DNA of 42,904 bases from Octopus sinensis (GCF_006345805.1 NW_021835059.1:1-42904), one strand, 5' to 3'. Positions 13,146 to 26,109 are shown, counted from the first letter of the stretch. Notes: a model not told the origin generated them from the letters alone. Made by a program: numbers and translations.

Positions 13146-16100
13146 CTGTAGCGGAAAGAACAAGAAGTTAGATGACCCAGGTGAGAATTTCAGATGTGAT
13201 CGATACAATAAACCGACCAGATGCGCATTCTTCAATATCGATCATATTGATCAGCAACGCTATCCTAATGAAATATCTACTGTTAATGATCGTTTATAAG
13301 TGTTTGAAAAAACATTCTATTCGTGATGTCAATTAATTCTTACATTACAATATTTGCAACACTGAAGAAACATTTGATTAAAAGAGATTTAATTGTTAAT
13401 TAAAGTGAATTTAAGTAGAAACAGTCGTTTGTTGCAATATGCAAGTCCGTTTGAAGAAAGACATAATTTTATTTTTATTTTCTATTTTAAATGCAAACTT
13501 TCCAAGATTTTTAGACTTTCAATCGCTTTATTTGGTGACATTTCAGTGGAGAGAGTTAAAATTATAGGTTAGTATTTGTTAAACCTTTCTTCTTCCTTTC
13601 TTTCTTTTTGTTTGTTGTCATTTATTCCTATTTAAGGAAGCAAAGGCCAGCTCGGAATTTTCTATGACTCAGAATCGGAAATAATAGCTGTAGAATTTGC
13701 ATTTTTTATGAAAATTTCGCGTTTGATGGCGTATCAATTTGAATGCATTACATACAGGAGTAGATTTTTGTTTTGTGCTACGTTTAGGTACAACAATTAA
13801 TCGATATTTTACTGTTTGTTTGTGAAATTCGGTTCATAGCGGCCATTTTGTTTCTTTTTTTTCCTCTCTCTCTTGCTGCATTCTATATTTCCTTTGATGA
13901 TATCCTTCTGACATTTTGCCGCCCCTTCATAGGTGTCACTAGCTATGCCATAATCCCACTTCATTCAACGCTATTATTACTTTTTCTGCACAATTTGTTA
14001 TACATACATATATACATATTTATATATACATGTATATATACATACATATACATACTTATATACATATACATATATATACATATATATTATATATGTATTA
14101 TATATATACTCACACACTGGTGATATTATTTAAAGCCTTATCGATCGAGCTCAACCAAACAAAAGTTGTGATAATGTTTAAATATTTGCTAGTTTCTTTG
14201 TTTTATTCTTTTATGTGGGTTCTGTTTTCTTTCAAGATGGGGGAGTTTATTGTTCCCCAAATGTAAAAACTCATCGCTGCCCGAATCCGTAGCGGAGCCG
14301 TCATGTGGTCGTTCAACTTTGTAGAAATAGCAGCCAAATCAACTTCGAATTACACACAACCATCTTAAAAAAGCAGTTCTTTATATATAAAAATATATGA
14401 TGTAGTCGTAGTTAGAACGCCTTTGATCACAGATTTGCTCGATGAGCGATGACCTGGGGTTAAAAACCATCATCATCATCATGAAACTACGTAAAATGCA
14501 TGTCTTAACGGGAGAACCGCTACATAATCTTTCAACTTGTTAGAAATAAGAGCTAGATCTACCTTAAACCACAACATACTATCTTAAATAAAGAACGACA
14601 CTTTGAATCATGTAGTCTTAGATTACTGTATAAAAGATGAGATGGTCAGAGCTGGAATGTCTATGACCTTATAGGCTATATTAACGTCAGGCGAAATAAC
14701 AAGGAACACATTAGATAATGTACTTCTTTACAATTTTACTATAGATTAACCTGAAATTTCAAAAATCTTCAACTAGCAGAAATACCCGTCGTTGACTGGG
14801 TTTAGAAAGAGTCTTCAAAAATTATACCCTGATTTATGAAAGTTACTGCTTCGGTATTATTGAATGTTTTGTAGCGGAATATCCGCAAGCTCTTATTGCC
14901 AGGTTTCGGCCAAAAAAGTTATAATATTTTACCAATGGGTCTGCTGATAGTCAGTTTCTTCAGCCCTTTCTCTTTTCCTACGCTGAAATTGCTTAGGTAG
15001 TCCAAATCTTATTATTTTTTTTTTTTTTTTTGAGGCATTGTAGTAGGGTGAATTAACTCGTGTTAGCAAACTTACGGATTTCACCGACGTGAAAATGGTA
15101 AAAGTTATGGTTGGAAAGCTATTTTTACCCCTATCCGGGGGTACCTCGGGAAAAATAAGTTCACAAAAGCACAGTCATGATCATGACCAATGTCCTCCTA
15201 AAATTGGAGCGATATGCGTGCTAATTTATGGGCGTGCATAAAGTACATTCACACACACACACACACATACACACACACACACACACACACATCCTGCTTT
15301 TATAGATATAGATTTCACAAGGCTGTGTTTTGGTGGGGTCACATGGACAAGAAACACACACAGATTCTGGATTACTTTTTTTTATCATTGTTATTATTAA
15401 TCAACTAGTTATCCAATTAATCGATCGATCAATCTACTGATTTGTTAGCGTCCTTTCGTCTCTATCCGTGACCTCAGGTATAACAGGCCCTCACCCCACC
15501 AGGTCTAACTTAGTATCGACATCAAGTAATTAATCTAATTTATATCATTTATCAATTATTGTTGTGTTTTCTCGAACGACAAGTTTCTGTCATGTGACTT
15601 ACTGTTTTGTTTTGGGGTTTGGTTTAATATACTCTAAGAATGAGAATGAGGTGAAGGTGGCACCGTGTTGTATTTTCGTCCAACACAGTCAACCCGCAAA
15701 TGGTTCAGTCTGCCTAGCTGCAAATATGTACCACCACAACTTTATAGAGGAATGAATCACTTCTATAAACAATTGCCTGTTCACTGTCTTGCAGTGTTTA
15801 CTCCAAACTACATTTGGGAGCGGTGGTGTCTTGGTTGGCGGAGTAGACCTATGATCAAAGATGCTCCAGCCATGACCATCCAGTCTTTTTTCACACTCAC
15901 AGTACGTGGTCTAATGTAGCTATTTTGGTGTTGTTTTAAAGGCAATGGGCTGTTATTTTTAGCAAATCCGACGTTGGTCCTTGGCTCCTTTGCAATGAGT
16001 ACTTAGCCCAGTCTGTTGGGTCGCTCGCCTGTTTCAATTATTTCTTCTTATAATTGGAAGTTTCGAAATCTGACCATCTCATTAAAAACCGAATTATCAA

Positions 16101-16277
16101 ATAGTTTTCTCTGTTTTAGATCAATAATTAACAATTTTAGCTCGCTACACTCAAAAATGGTCAAAATTACGATTCCACAGAACTGTCAATAGAGAATCTG
16201 TTCTTTAGAAGACAATCGCTGCTCTTCGTCGACGATTACAAAAGTTACTGGAATTACGAACATTTATGTAATCTTAC

Positions 16278-16387
16278 AATATTCTACAGAATTCTGCAAC
16301 AATTCCAGTCGTTGGTGGTTTGTCCATAAATAACTTCGACTTGGTGTATAAATCTGGAAGGCTCTTCTTGCTTTTATCATTAGTCAT
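16278..16387 (-). CDS. candidate first coding exon (ATG to phase-2 donor)
   Basis: acaATGA start with an in-frame upstream stop, MTNDKSKKSLPDLYTKSKLFMDKPPTTGIVAEFCRI, donor ATT|gtaaga. Phase matches 13028-13145. Could be chance. Confidence 0.22.
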
Positions 16388-16904
16388 TGTACTTTATTTA
16401 TAATCCGCTTTCCCGTTTTGTTTATGTCTAATGTAGACGTAGGTATAACAGCAACTAAGTAGATAGTCCATACTGTTTAACTTTCTTCTATAACCCATAA
16501 TCCCACAGATATATAACTGAAGCATTAATCCACCAGCCTCTGAGCTATTGTTTATCTTGATACCAATTTATCCATGTTTTGTATGTTTATCACATCAATA
16601 TCAACCTCATTATGTTTGTATCCCCATCAATATCCCCATGTTTATATATTTATCCCCTTCCCTATGTTTATATCTATATCAATTCCATTATCTTTATATA
16701 TTTATCAATTACTCCATCAATATCAATTTCACTGTGTTTATATCGACATCAGCTCCCCTATATTTCTATTTATTTTCATGTTTATAGCGATATCAATTTA
16801 TATGTTTATATCCATATCAGCTTCCCTGTATATCGCTAGCAATTTCCCATTCCACACGATTCTTCACGCTAGAATGCTGAGATAAGTAACAGTTTGTTAT
16901 TAAT

Positions 16905-17450
16905 TTACAAGAACCGCGGTTATGTCAATCCCTAAGGTGTGCCTACAGTATATCGCATATGAATCGAAGCCAAGTAAGTTTCCACAGAATTTACTGCAAA
17001 GAATCAGACCTTATTCAGATCCAGTCATCAGAAGCACCCAGAAGAAAAGAAAGTATTTCTGTTTCAATACAACGCAAATACTTTTTTTACGAATATTCTT
17101 AAGAAGAAGAGACCAAAATCTCAACCGATGCAAGAATTTGTGGATTTCAAAAAATACTTCGGGAAAAAGTAATGCGAATTCAAATTTCCAGAAGAAACTG
17201 AAAATGCCATCACTGTTCTCTATAGGACACAATCACCCACATACTTTTTTGGAAATCCTTGCCGGTGTGTTTCAAGGAGACATTCTAGAACCCTACGCTT
17301 TCGTAATAAGCATTACGTTATTCTATGATAATTGCTACAGTGACAAATCAACTGGATTCACTATGAGCAAAAGGAATGACCAAAACAACCAGCGGAAAGA
17401 ATAGCAGGGGTAGATTTTGTAGATGGTATATTGTAGGCATTGGTACGGGA
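16905..17450 (+). mobile_element. RTE/RTE-X-type LINE reverse transcriptase relic
   Basis: ORF 16922-17404 contains LQRIRPYSDPVIR..Q and AGVFQGDILEPYAFVI...GFT, followed by a frameshifted DFVDGI. This matches the RT motifs GVLQGDTLAPYLF and DLDFADDI. Confidence 0.8.
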
Positions 17451-17641
17451 TTTATTGAAGGTCAACCGTTGTGGCCAAGAGTGGGAATGGAAAGCGGCTT
17501 AAATTGGTTTAAATTATTTGTGTGTATATGTGTGTGTATACACACCATTCATATTCACTACACATACATACATACGTACATACATACATACATACATACA
17601 TACATACATACATACATACATACATGCATGCATATATACAT

Positions 17642-18300
17642 TAGGGTGAAGCAAAAAAAAAGGGGTAAAAAAACTTTTTTTTTCACCTTTCAGGGAGACA
17701 CCCCACCCATATTTTATTCATATTCCTAAGAAAGCATTGCATTCGAAATTTGGGACTGAAAAAGAGAAAATTAGAGGTTTCTACCAGGCTTTAAAGATAA
17801 ATGTATATCAGTTTGTGCTCAAAAATATTGTTTTGTTGATATTTTCGCCGGAACCGGTTTGATATGTACCGAGTTTGAAAAAAGAAACGATGACATGCTA
17901 GGCTATAGTTCGTAGTGAGGTACAGCATACAGCACATTAACTTTTTTTTTATATGTGGAAGTTTCCCCAGTAGGCATATCATAACCACTTATTTTGGTTC
18001 ATTTTGGTTTTTTGTGAAGCAAGTGTAATGTTTTCTTGTTTTTGTTTGAGAGTGACGACCTGTAATTTTTAACAATTTCAAGAAGGAATTGTTTCTGCTC
18101 TTCATCATTGGTTATCAGTTTGTTGTATTCCTATTCCATTTCTATGGCGCTATATTCATACCTGTAACTATTGCGGTACTTGGTTATGTAAGCAGTTGTC
18201 TTTGGACCAATGTTGAAAAATCCCAAAAGAAGCAATCAATTAAGAGACCACAAGTCATAACTGGAACTGTGAAAATATGTAAAGCATTCCAGAAGTGTTG
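17642..18300 (-). mobile_element. hATm-like DNA transposon relic (3' end of transposase plus terminus)
   Basis: The minus-strand peptide SAIEME*EYNKLITNDEEQKQFLLEIVKNYR (~18030-18150) resembles the C-terminal AERGVxLxxEYNxxxTxDEEQKQxLLQVVxxHR signature. The element ends at TAGGGTG (17642), a terminus I associate with hATm. The partner TIR is not seen. Confidence 0.5.
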
Positions 18301-18376
18301 CATGTAATATCCGTATATGTAATATCTGTATGTACACAAGTTACATATACATATACACGTGAGACGTGTACATATG

Positions 18377-18421
<45 letters not shown>

Positions 18422-19019
18422 TGTGTGTGTGTGTTGTGTGTGTGTGTGTGTGTGTATGTATATATATATATATATATATATTATATTAAATTAGAGATAA
18501 AACCACTATTAGGCAAATCAAACAGTGGAAATCATAAGCCAATACCTAGAAAAAAATTAATTTAAAAATATAAAATATAAATATAAAAAATATGAAATAT
18601 AAAATTCCAAATTAAAATAATTAAATTAAAGTTAAAATTTTTAAAATTATTTAAATAACTTAAACTTATAAATTTTAAATATATATATATATTCATTTTT
18701 TTTTTATTTATGTATTTATTTTTTATTATTATTATTATTATTTTATTATTTTATTATTTTATTATTTTATTTTTTATATATTTTTTTTTTTGTAAATTAT
18801 ATAACTATCAAAAAGTATTAAAAGTTCAATATTTCCCTGTAAGTTTGGATTTACTCCCTAATATTATTATTATTACTATTATTATATATATATATATATA
18901 TTAGTAATGCAATACTAGGTATCGGCTTCCAGTAAAGCCCGTGAGGGAAAAATACACAAAACAGTAAATATATGGCACAACTTATCGGTACTTAGTTGTG
19001 CCATATATTTACTATTTTG

Positions 19020-19490
<471 letters not shown>

Positions 19491-19779
19491 ACAGACAAAT
19501 TCAGCAATGTTTTCTAGTAAAAGAACGTGACCAGCTAACACACAAATACCTGTAAAAGATATGCAGGAATTTTCTAAAAGTACGCAATTTTGGTAACAAT
19601 TCTTATGAGCTAAATTCCAGCAATAGAGCTTCCAATGAAACCAGATCTTTCTTTAGAAGAATTCAGTCGGTAAAAAAAAAAAAACAAGATCAACATCAAG
19701 GCATAAAATTATCAAAACCTACGGGGTTTGGTGGTACCCACAATATCGAAATAAGGGTAATAGGAAGGCTGATAGACAG

Positions 19780-19997
19780 GCTGCGGTTTAGTGGGATTGT
19801 TAGAACATTGAGCAAGTACTTTGCGGTGTTTAATGATGGCCCTTTACGTTATAAGTTCAAATCCCACCGCAGTCGATTTTGTTTTTCATCCGTCCAGTGT
19901 CGATAAAATTAATATTATTCCAGTATTTGGGGTCGATATATTTGACTAACTTCTCTCCCCCACCACCTCTACCAAATGCCTGACCTTGTGCCTATTA
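19780..19997 (+). mobile_element. old type-A SINE copy
   Basis: Degenerate match to the core gttcaaatcc...gtcga.ttt..ctttcatcc...gtcgataaa...ggggtcgat of the 36155 and 38469 copies; tail resembles the 38469 copy. Confidence 0.7.
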
Positions 19998-22432
19998 AAA
20001 AAAATCGATATTATTGTTAGTACATAATGTTTAGTGATATTCATAGTGTCGCTATCAAAACATGGCTGTTATTCTAGACCAGTTCACAATTTATCTCCCC
20101 TGAAGCTGTGAAATAAATGAAATGGATATATTCTAATTGTGACCAAAGAAAATATAGTTTGGGGGACGATAAAAAATGAAAGAAAGAAACAATATTATAA
20201 TATCAGAAGAAAGACAAAAACAAGGTAACATTATTTCTTCTTCAACTTTGTATTTGTTGTTGTATTTCAATATCATCTCATTACAGAGCGAATATTGAAA
20301 GACAAAACTTTCTGGCCTGCAGCGATGTAAAACAGCGTTAGAAATGTTTTCCTTTGAGTTTGCTGTCAGTAGTATTGTGTCAGGAATATTATTACTGCGA
20401 CATCAATTAGATTAGCTTTAAGTATATATTTCTATTAATCCCCATTACAACACTCGTTTCCCAAGTGATTCGAACCAGTCAGAAGCACGTTTAAAATGCT
20501 ATGATAATATTTATAAATATATCATAATATAGTTTTTTATTAGTTATTATATTAATGATTACAATAATGTATAAAAAAAAAGCAAAAATATTGTTTCCTT
20601 TTTTTTTTTCGATTTATCGTCTTCTTAAGAAAGTTAACTCTGTACGAAATCTTAATGGAACGACTAATCCTTCACACTAACTCGAATGAAAAGTGTATCA
20701 AAGATGGCTTTTTTTTGTGAATATAGGAAAAGAAAAATGGGAGAAAAAAACTGTGTTAGTTCTAGGAGTTAGAGCAAGAAAAGCTATTTGAAAGTTTGGT
20801 CTTTTCTTGAAGTTATAAGTTAATCAAGCCTAAATCAGCGTCTAACAGTGAAGACTTCATTTGTGTGCAGCAACAAATACGTTTTGTATATTATTTTTAT
20901 CCATAATGGTAGCCTCCAGCAAACGGATGTCTCTGTTGCTAAAGAAATGTCTTGACAGCAGCACTGAGTGTGTTTATCCACTGAACATCAGCAACATCAT
21001 AAATAAACACACAATATCTCTTATGAAAACAAACATAAAAACAAAAAAACCACACCAAGTGTATTACATATACACCCAATACATATATACATACATGCAT
21101 ACATACATATATACACACATACTTATATATATGTGGGGGTGTCGTTTTTTTGTAGTTTTTCTTCTGTTAGAATATTAATAAACACAGGAAAAATTGTGAG
21201 GAATGTATGCATTGTACTCGTTTCTTGAAGACAAAATTAAAAGCCGTAAAGTATATTTTCAAGATTTTCCATCTCTCCGCCACCACCTGCTGGCTTTCTC
21301 TTGCTCTCTCCTTCTCTCTCTCTCTCCCTCTCTCTCTCTCTCTCTTTCTCTCTTTCTCTCTCTCTCTCTCTCTTATATAAAAATGTTCGGTTAAATTGGG
21401 GTGTATCAGTGGGAAGAGGGTATTAGATGCCAATCTCTTCTGCTGTCACTGAGTTATATTACTTACATCAATGGCTGGTTTATGGTGTTGGTTGCTGTTG
21501 CTGTCACTGTTTATTGGTTGTGTGCTCAGTAACTGATTTATAATGTATAGCAGCAGCACCAGCAGCAGCAGCAGTAACGCTAAGTAAAATCGGTTTCAAT
21601 TACACAGCCATTTAGTTCACTAAAATAGCTTTAAATAACATTGTTGACTCTCCTCCTCCTCCTCCTTCTTTGTCTTGCAACTGAACAACAACACCGACAT
21701 CAACAACAACAACAACGGCAATAGAAGTACTAACGACACCAGCAGCAGCAGCAGCAGCAGTAGCTGAGCAATAAGAACAGTCCACAGCGACAGTACTAGC
21801 AGCAGCAGCAGCAATAGCAGACGCACCAAAAAGACGACAGAATCACTAGTTCTATCAAGAGAACCTACCATAATCTAAGCCCCCGTAGAGAGCGCCCTCT
21901 CCCACGCACACACACATACACACCTTAAAAATTCGGCACACAGGTGTAGATTTACCTGTCCTCTGCCCCATTTCGACACCTCATCTTGCCAGTGTTTTTT
22001 TTTTTGTTTTGTTTTTTTGCAGAAACATAAAGGAAAACAATAGTGAATAAAGGCATGATAGGTCAGCCTGAACTTAAAGTCTGAAGGATCAACGAGGGAA
22101 AGGAATGGTCATCTGGAAACTCGACAGGATGGGGGAGAGAACACCTTAAAACTTAAGGTGAGAAGATGTCATCTTAAAACTTCATAAGATGGGGAAGAGG
22201 TCGTCAACTCGCCACAGGTCCACGTCACAACCGGTAATTTTGTAAAAGAAAATTGTACAAATAAACAAAAGTATTTCTGAAAACTTTTGAATTCTTAAAT
22301 TTTATTTTATTCTTTTTTCTAATTTTAGAATCTTTACATGGAATCAGAGAAAATACAATGAACGAAGCCAGCATAGAGAATGAGTGACGGGGAAACAGAG
22401 AAACGATTTGGCAAAATCCAAGTTTAAACTTA

Positions 22433-22560
22433 GATGATGAGCTGACAGAATCGTTAATGGGCTGAGCAAAAATGGTCAGTAGCATTTCACCCGTCTTTAC
22501 GTTCTGAGTCTAAATTCTGCCAAGGTCGACTTTGCCTTTCATTCTTTCGGCGTCGAAATT
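22433..22560 (+). mobile_element. partial type-A SINE
   Basis: gagctgacagaatcgtta...tacgttctgagtctaaattctgccaaggtcgactttgcctttcat matches the SINE head and core. Confidence 0.75.
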
Positions 22561-22589
22561 GCTGGCTTTGTGCCAAAATTTGAAACCAA

Positions 22590-23350
22590 TTATTATTATT
22601 GTTGTTGTTATCATATGTCTCGGTTTTGCTTTAATTTATACGAGTTGCACCCAAGTCTCAACCAGAGACGAGAAGGGATAACAAAGTGAAATGCCATGCA
22701 AATGAAAAACATTGGTGTCTGTGGAAGAAGAAAAAAACACACAGAGTAAGGTTGCGTTTACAGGGAAAGGAATTTACGCAGAATATGTGAGGTAGCCATA
22801 AGTTATGATCTATTTTAATTCGCTTATCTTAGCGCTGCCAGGGATCTGATCTACATATTTGTTTGCTCCTCTAGATATCATTCTAAATGCCCCAATAACA
22901 ATATGTTATGATGTTGTTTCGAGATGCCACATTCGTCCATTTTCGATATCCACGCCCTTGCTCAGTTTTTCAAACGTTTCCAGAGATGTATCGTTGTCGG
23001 CAGGAGCTGCAACATCAATCAGAAGACAAATCTTTCCAATATGATTTTTCACAATGAAATTAGGTTGATTTGCTTGTATTTCCCAATCAGTCCGAACACT
23101 GAAATTACAAGGATGGCAACTCGGCATTTTAGGCAACTTGTGATGGCTTGTATTCTCACCAATTGCTTTTGTGAGGGAAACTGCATGTGCGACACATTGA
23201 CCTGTGCATGTAGTGAGCTGCCCTGTCACATCCTCGCAAGTATTCTGTTGGTGTCAGTCTGATGCATCCAGAGATTATGGAGTCGATTGTCTCTGTGTGC
23301 TCTCCGCTTTTGTGGCATGATGAGTCGTTTTCATATTTCAGGATATTACT
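22590..23350 (-). mobile_element. R4/Dong-type non-LTR retrotransposon 3' fragment (zinc knuckle + restriction-like endonuclease + 3' UTR + (AAY)n tail)
   Basis: Minus-strand peptide C..S...ETIDSIISGCIRLTPTEY..CDRAAHYMH...NW...P, then QPNFIV...CLLIDVAAP...EKLSK..D....RMW...IVIGA and the terminal SHILRKFL. These are typical RLE-type LINE motifs (CCHC, PD..D/ExK-like). Confidence 0.85.
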
Positions 23351-23364
23351 CTGCTATTATTATT

Positions 23365-23855
23365 ATGAGGGATCGGAACGGGCGCATGCTACACAAATCG
23401 AAGTAGATTTGTGCGGAATTTCAGCGGCACTTTGCTGAACTATATACGTGGTGCGCGGTGGCCCAGAGGCGGAGGTAAACTTCATTTCCTGCCTTGGTGA
23501 CATACCGCGACTTTCGGCTAGGGATGTGGAGTTCTGCGAAATGCCGATAACAGCTGAAGATATATGTGACGCGTTGGCTAGTTGTATGAGAGAGAGGTCT
23601 CCGGGATAGGATGGTCTGCCCTTCGAGTTTTATATACATATGCCAGGCTTGTTTGGTGAGCATTTGGGACATGTCTACCGCAACTGGCAGCAGAATGGGG
23701 ATAATACCCGGATCTGTGAGCCGAGATGTGGTGAAGCTACAGAGAAAGGATCCGAAAAGGAGGGACATTGTTGATAACCTTAGGCTGATAACTCTGCTAA
23801 ATACAGATTACAAAATTTGGGCCAAAGTGTTAGCAAAGAGGTTGGTGCTTGTCGT
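23365..23855 (+). mobile_element. L1/Tx1-clade LINE reverse transcriptase N-terminal fragment
   Basis: PITAEDICDAL...RSPG*DGLPFEFY...GIIPGSV...DNLRLITLLNTDYKIWAKVLAKRL matches the L1/Tx1 motifs KSPGxDGLPxEFY and NWRPITLLNxDYKILAKxLAxRL. Confidence 0.9.
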
Positions 23856-24055
23856 TCACGTTGCTGCACTTCCCTCATGCTGTTCAACCTGGGTATTATG
23901 TATAGACACACTTGAAAATTTTGTCTTCTCCTTCATAAAAGAATGATGGATTTCAACGAGCTTTAGCATCCAGTTGTTAGATGTTTCAAGATATTTTGCC
24001 AGTCCAGTTGTGTATTGGCATATTGGCAGTTTTAAATTGTTTAATTTTTAATGGT
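23856..24055 (-). mobile_element. R4/Dong-type LINE fragment (post-RT region), probably the upstream part of the 22590-23350 copy
   Basis: Minus-strand TTGLAKYLETSNNWMLKLVEIH; same orientation and expected order relative to 22590-23350. Confidence 0.65.
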
Positions 24056-24175
24056 TATATATATATTGTTTACACGTTATAAAACGCATTGTATCGTCCT
24101 GTTTTTGTCTTTTATGTCGTTGTATGTTTTAATGCAATTTTATGTAAGCCTTTGTGGCCAATAAACGAATTAATA

Positions 24176-24182
24176 ATTATCA

Positions 24183-24244
<62 letters not shown>

Positions 24245-24260
24245 GTTGTTGTTGTTGTTG

Positions 24261-24292
<32 letters not shown>

Positions 24293-24299
24293 GTTGTTG

Positions 24300-24333
<34 letters not shown>

Positions 24334-24359
24334 CATCATTATTATTATTATTATCATCA

Positions 24360-24399
<40 letters not shown>

Positions 24400-24463
24400 C
24401 ATTATTATTATTATCATTATTATTATTATCATTATTATTATTATCATTATTATTATTATTATT
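24176..24463. repeat. (TTA)n/(TTG)n/(TCA)n trinucleotide array
   Basis: Directly visible; source of the poly-I/Y/L/N ORFs. Confidence 0.97.
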
Positions 24464-24876
24464 CAGCATCTGGTAGTTTCAAGCAAGTTTCTACTGCATC
24501 ACCTGCTACACCTCTGTATTGTTGGGGTGTGTGCAGCATTGTATGTTCTTTTTTGTTGTCGGACGTGTGCAAAAATTCCCGGTATTGTATCACATATGTT
24601 TCTTTTTTTTTATGGGGTGTGGTCAGTCTTTTGTTGTATTGGTTTTTGTACTGTATGCTCTGTGTGTAATGCGTTCGGTATTCAGCCTGCTGATGGTAGT
24701 TTATTTTATTGGATATTTGCTATACTGAGTGTGTCTGGTGTTTGTGGATTGTTTTGGTCAGGTTGTATTATTGAATTCATAGTGTCTTGAGTAGGATGTG
24801 GGCTGTTCCTAGCAGGGTTATTTTTTGGATAGTAGGTAGTGTTGAAGAACCAGGTATAGCTTCTACGTTTTTGTTC
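24464..24876 (-). mobile_element. R4/Dong-type LINE extreme 3' end plus long 3' UTR
   Basis: Minus-strand ORF end AIPGSSTLPTIQKITLLGTAHILLKTL*, then a CA-rich UTR running directly into (AAT)n. Confidence 0.75.
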
Positions 24877-24895
24877 ATCATTATTATTGTTGTTG

Positions 24896-24970
<75 letters not shown>
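24877..24970. repeat. (TTA)n array
   Basis: Directly visible. Confidence 0.97.
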
Positions 24971-24972
<2 letters not shown>

Positions 24973-25922
24973 GCTTTTGCACAGCCTCTAACGCTGGAGA
25001 TGTACTACAGTGTCAGCTGTTCTCTACCAGTGAACTAAGGTAACACCTCTTATTTTTCGAGCACTTTCCATTCGAGCGGTTCCAAGCAGTGCTGTTTTCT
25101 ACAAGTGCTCCATTCTTATTGCAGCCCTTATTTGTTCCATGTACTCTCAAGATTTTTACTCACTGTTCCCAGGGCTCCGACAATTATTGGTACTACTACC
25201 ACCTTTTTCAAAAGTCAATGGATATGACAGCTAACCTATCATATCTATTGACTTTTTTTTCTTCCTTATCGTATACCGTGTTGTCAGCTGGGCATGCTAT
25301 ATCTATGATCCAGCATCGTTTGCTTTCTTTCTCAACACTATATCTGGTTTCCTATTCTCTATTTCATGGTCGCACTAAATCACAAAATACCATGGGATCT
25401 TTGCATTATCATTTTCGAAGATTCTTTCGGGTTTATGTTCATACCACTTTTTTGCTCTGTCAAGTCCATACTTGTTGCAAAGTGTCCAATGGACATTCCT
25501 TGCTATATTGTCATGACATCTCTTATATTCCTTCTGGGCTAGTGGTGTACATTGACCGGTAATATGCCATACGGTTTCACCATTTTGTCTACAAATTCTG
25601 CACTTATCACTTTCTGATGTGTTGCCTGTTCTGTATTTGATGTAATTGGTTCTTAATGCTTGCTCCTTGGGAGCACAGATTAGAGCATCCGCTTCCGATT
25701 TTAAATCACTTTTATTTATCCATAGCCCTCTTCTTTCTCTGTCTGTCTTATCTTCAACATCCTTATGAAATTGTCCACGCATTCTTTTCATTATCCACCT
25801 ATTTTCAGTTTCATTCATTATCAAGTGCTTGTACAGTGCTTTCTCTTCCATCCCCACTAGCATTTTTTTACATTTATATGGAGTATCCCATATCTAGTTA
25901 GCAACTTCCTTGTCCCTCTGTC
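24971..25922 (-). mobile_element. 5'-truncated R4/Dong-type LINE (RLE-encoding), flanked on both sides by (TAA)n
   Basis: ORF 25375-25863: MRGQF..D...GLWINKSDLKSEADALICAPKEQALRTNYIK...CRICRQNGETVWHITGQC..LAQKEYKRCHDNIAR.VHW.LC.KYG...WYEHKPE..FEND.AKI.W. Continues to IVGALGTVSKNL and a short 3' UTR ending in (TAA)n. Confidence 0.92.
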
Positions 25923-25968
<46 letters not shown>

Positions 25969-25997
25969 GATGATGATGATGATGATGATGATGATAC

Positions 25998-26044
<47 letters not shown>

Positions 26045-26058
26045 GATGATGATGATAC

Positions 26059-26109
<51 letters not shown>
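25923..26109. repeat. (TTA)n/(GAT)n array with an internal duplicated gatgatgatactt unit
   Basis: Directly visible. Confidence 0.97.

Noticed and set aside
18089-18307. Hydrophobic 72-aa plus-strand ORF resembling a small membrane protein
   Set aside because: It is the antisense shadow of the hATm-like transposase relic.
20925-21015. Minus-strand RYCVFIYDVADVQWINTLSAAVKTFL*, reminiscent of a TIR box 1 or PH-domain end
   Set aside because: Under 30 codons, bounded by stops, with no convincing splice sites or supporting neighbours.
22590-26109. Alternating repeat/unique blocks superficially like a CRISPR array
   Set aside because: The repeats are simple (TTA)n arrays of variable length, and the 'spacers' are 200-950 bp LINE fragments in a eukaryotic genome.
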